Position numbers and translations under genes: made by a program | IMG/VR virus record: IMGVR_UViG_3300043313_001040 | Coordinates: 8,015-72,014 of that record | DNA from: a virus | Reading direction: 5' to 3' (one strand) | Length of the DNA stretch: 64,000 nt | Shown here: positions 63,532 to 64,000 of the stretch, piece after piece | How the letters are laid out: each line of letters begins with the position of its first letter | How positions within the stretch are numbered: the stretch's first letter is position 1 | The notes under the pieces: generated by a model | Databases searched by the model: none | Told to the model about the DNA's origin: nothing | Seen by the model: the letters and a program-made list of their open reading frames with translations, nothing else

Positions 63532-63822
63532 ATGACTAAATCCGACAAAAAAGATTCCGATAACAAGAACACCGAAGGCCAGGCCACCGACGCCCAGGGG
63601 AACGTGCTTCCTCCAGGCTCCGTTGTGCCGAATCCTTCCACAGCTCAGGACCCCAAACTCGCCGAGAAGGGCATCTATCAGCCCGCTGATCAGGCCGCCA
63701 ACGCTCCCCAGGTTGACGATCCAGTTGACGAGGAAGGTGTCCACGCCGAGCATCGTGAGAATCTGACGAAGCTGCCACCAGTGCCCGCTGAGCGCGCCGG
63801 AGCTGCCAGTCAGGCCAAGTAA
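63532..63822 (+). CDS. Small disordered acidic protein
   Basis: 96 aa low complexity, followed by terminator. Confidence 0.7.
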   Translation: MTKSDKKDSDNKNTEGQATDAQGNVLPPGSVVPNPSTAQDPKLAEKGIYQPADQAANAPQVDDPVDEEGVHAEHRENLTKLPPVPAERAGAASQAK

Positions 63823-63846
63823 CTTTCTGCCTGGTGCATTCGGGGG

Positions 63847-63880
63847 AAGGCCGAGGTCTTTAACACGCCTCGGTCTTTTC
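63847..63880 (+). terminator. Rho-independent terminator
   Basis: AAGGCCGAGG / CCTCGGTCTT then TT. Confidence 0.6.
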
Positions 63881-63905
63881 CGTTTCACGGGGAACCAGCG
63901 GCTTG

Positions 63906-63925
63906 TTGACACGCCCATTACAGGT
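63906..63925 (+). promoter_or_regulatory. TTGACA-N14-ATG late element
   Basis: TTGACA cgcccattacaggt ATG. Confidence 0.65.
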
Positions 63926-64000
63926 ATGCCAACAGCCGCCGATAAACCAGCATCCAGACTACATGAGTCTCAATACCTCAGCGAGTCTCGCAAGTCTCTC
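63926..64000 (+). CDS. Partial ORF running off the window
   Basis: MPTAADKTSIQTT... after late element. Confidence 0.5.
   Translation, partial: MPTAADKPASRLHESQYLSESRKSL

Larger units (their letters stand above)
1..64000. mobile_element. Tailed bacteriophage genome segment (siphovirus-like, lambda-type packaging)
   Basis: Terminase, portal, protease/scaffold, capsid, tape measure, tail fibres, lysis cassette and replication module; no cellular housekeeping genes. Confidence 0.97.

Noticed and set aside
1-64000. Integrase, att sites or tRNA genes
   Set aside because: None recognised; the genome continues beyond the window, so lifestyle cannot be settled

Overview
The whole 64 kb window is one tailed-phage genome segment (siphovirus-like, lambda-type Nu1/GpA terminase, lambda-family portal). 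No host genes, integrase, tRNA or CRISPR array were recognised. A Verrucomicrobiota-like host is a weak inference. Layout: (i) 27-19630, a leftward early/accessory arm of about 45 mostly small ORFs, including PurA-like, ParB-N, vWA/MoxR, AAA+ and YodL-like proteins, with a candidate cos site and composition switch near 1860; (ii) about 19690-20430, a large, highly structured minus-strand non-coding RNA preceded by a boxA-like element; (iii) 20594-47760, packaging, head, tail and lysis genes, with terS and terL divergent and a lysis cassette headed by a response-regulator receiver domain fused to a holin-like membrane segment; (iv) 48063-57099, recombination and replication genes (RecT-like, PD-(D/E)XK nuclease, SSB, SF2 helicase, SET domain, RusA, primase-helicase containing a perfect parS, candidate origin); (v) 57105-end, a second block of putative virion/internal proteins. 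Genome-wide signals: 12 dispersed copies of the 16-bp palindrome TTGCAGC(AC/GT)GCTGCAA, a TTGACA-N13-17-ATG element before late genes, (CAA)n leaders before early genes, and a shared EM[SA]..[IVL]EF motif in putative polyprotein head proteins. All calls were made by eye, without database searches.
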